A DNA stretch of 25,350 nucleotides from Eledone cirrhosa (taxonomy: Eukaryota), in assembly GCA_964016885.1 (NCBI GenBank), contig CAXHJY010001710.1, positions 1-25,350 on the forward strand, in the 5' to 3' direction. The position numbers and the translations under genes are program-made. Shown one piece after another: positions 25,004 through 25,350 of the stretch. The number at the start of each line of letters is the position of its first letter. Position 1 is the first letter of the stretch. The notes under the pieces were generated by a model, which was given only the letters and a program-made list of their open reading frames with translations, was not told where the DNA came from and did no database searches.

Positions 25004-25350
25004 TGTGTGATTATACTGATATGTGTGAGTATGAAAAAAATATATTTATATGCTTGACTCCATAAGTATCATTGCGCATCTTATCAGCGCATTAAGCTTA
25101 CAGAGATATTAACCTTGAAATTTTGTGTTTGCATCCATCTTTTTAGTATGCACATACAAATTATACACACATTATTGTAAAATATGTGTAAGGATTTTAC
25201 ATGTATATACACACACCAAACTGCTTTTAACCCTTTGTGTTTTCATTGGTCAATTTTGAACTGATATTTTGAATTGTTGTTATTATCAATAAATATACTT
25301 CATTATTTCTGAAGACGGCGTATATATGTGCTAGGTATGTATATTTAATC
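25004..25350 (+). repeat. Inverted partial pseudo-LTR (reverse complement of 14734-15092), cut by the window end
   Basis: tgtgtgattatactgatatg...ctgaagacggcg...atatttaatc is the reverse complement of the element 3' region. It differs by A7 vs A19 and a T>C at 25331. Confidence 0.95.
25299..25350 (+). ncRNA. Hammerhead motif copy 3, 5' part only (window edge)
   Basis: ttcattattt-CTGAAGA(25309-25315)-cggcgtatatatgtgctaggtatg; the remainder lies outside the window. Confidence 0.6.

Larger units (their letters stand above)
14441..25350 (-). mobile_element. Penelope-like retroelement insertion (probable Naiad clade): full unit + upstream partial tandem copy + inverted partial copy; continues past the window
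   Basis: RT and C-terminal GIY-YIG ORF, direct pseudo-LTRs, inverted 3' fragment, hammerhead motifs in each repeat, 3' end joined to (TA)n. The clade call rests on recalled motifs (SLKNIPIPS, LKDHK, FDITMG, GLYRDD, CxCx5Cx5C), not on a computed phylogeny. Confidence 0.93.

Overview
Eukaryotic, extremely AT-rich window. Bases 1-14440 are a ~14.4 kb (TA)n microsatellite with TG/CA interruptions and kb-scale higher-order structure; its YI/CV-repeat ORFs are artefacts. Bases 14441-25350 are a young Penelope-like retroelement (PLE, probably Naiad clade) on the minus strand whose 3' end abuts the TA array. It has one RT + C-terminal GIY-YIG ORF (20930->18494, split by one frameshift), two near-identical ~3.92 kb direct pseudo-LTRs (14441-18362 and 21083-25003) and an inverted partial 3'-end copy (25004 to window end). 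Each direct pseudo-LTR carries a type I hammerhead-like motif with a ~116-nt stem II and a palindromic stem III; a third motif is cut by the window edge. The least expected signal is a 3' UTR array of ~6-7 degenerate 105-155 nt units that re-copy the ORF's last codons and stop (..CNHK..FKYYKPN*) plus a conserved downstream motif.
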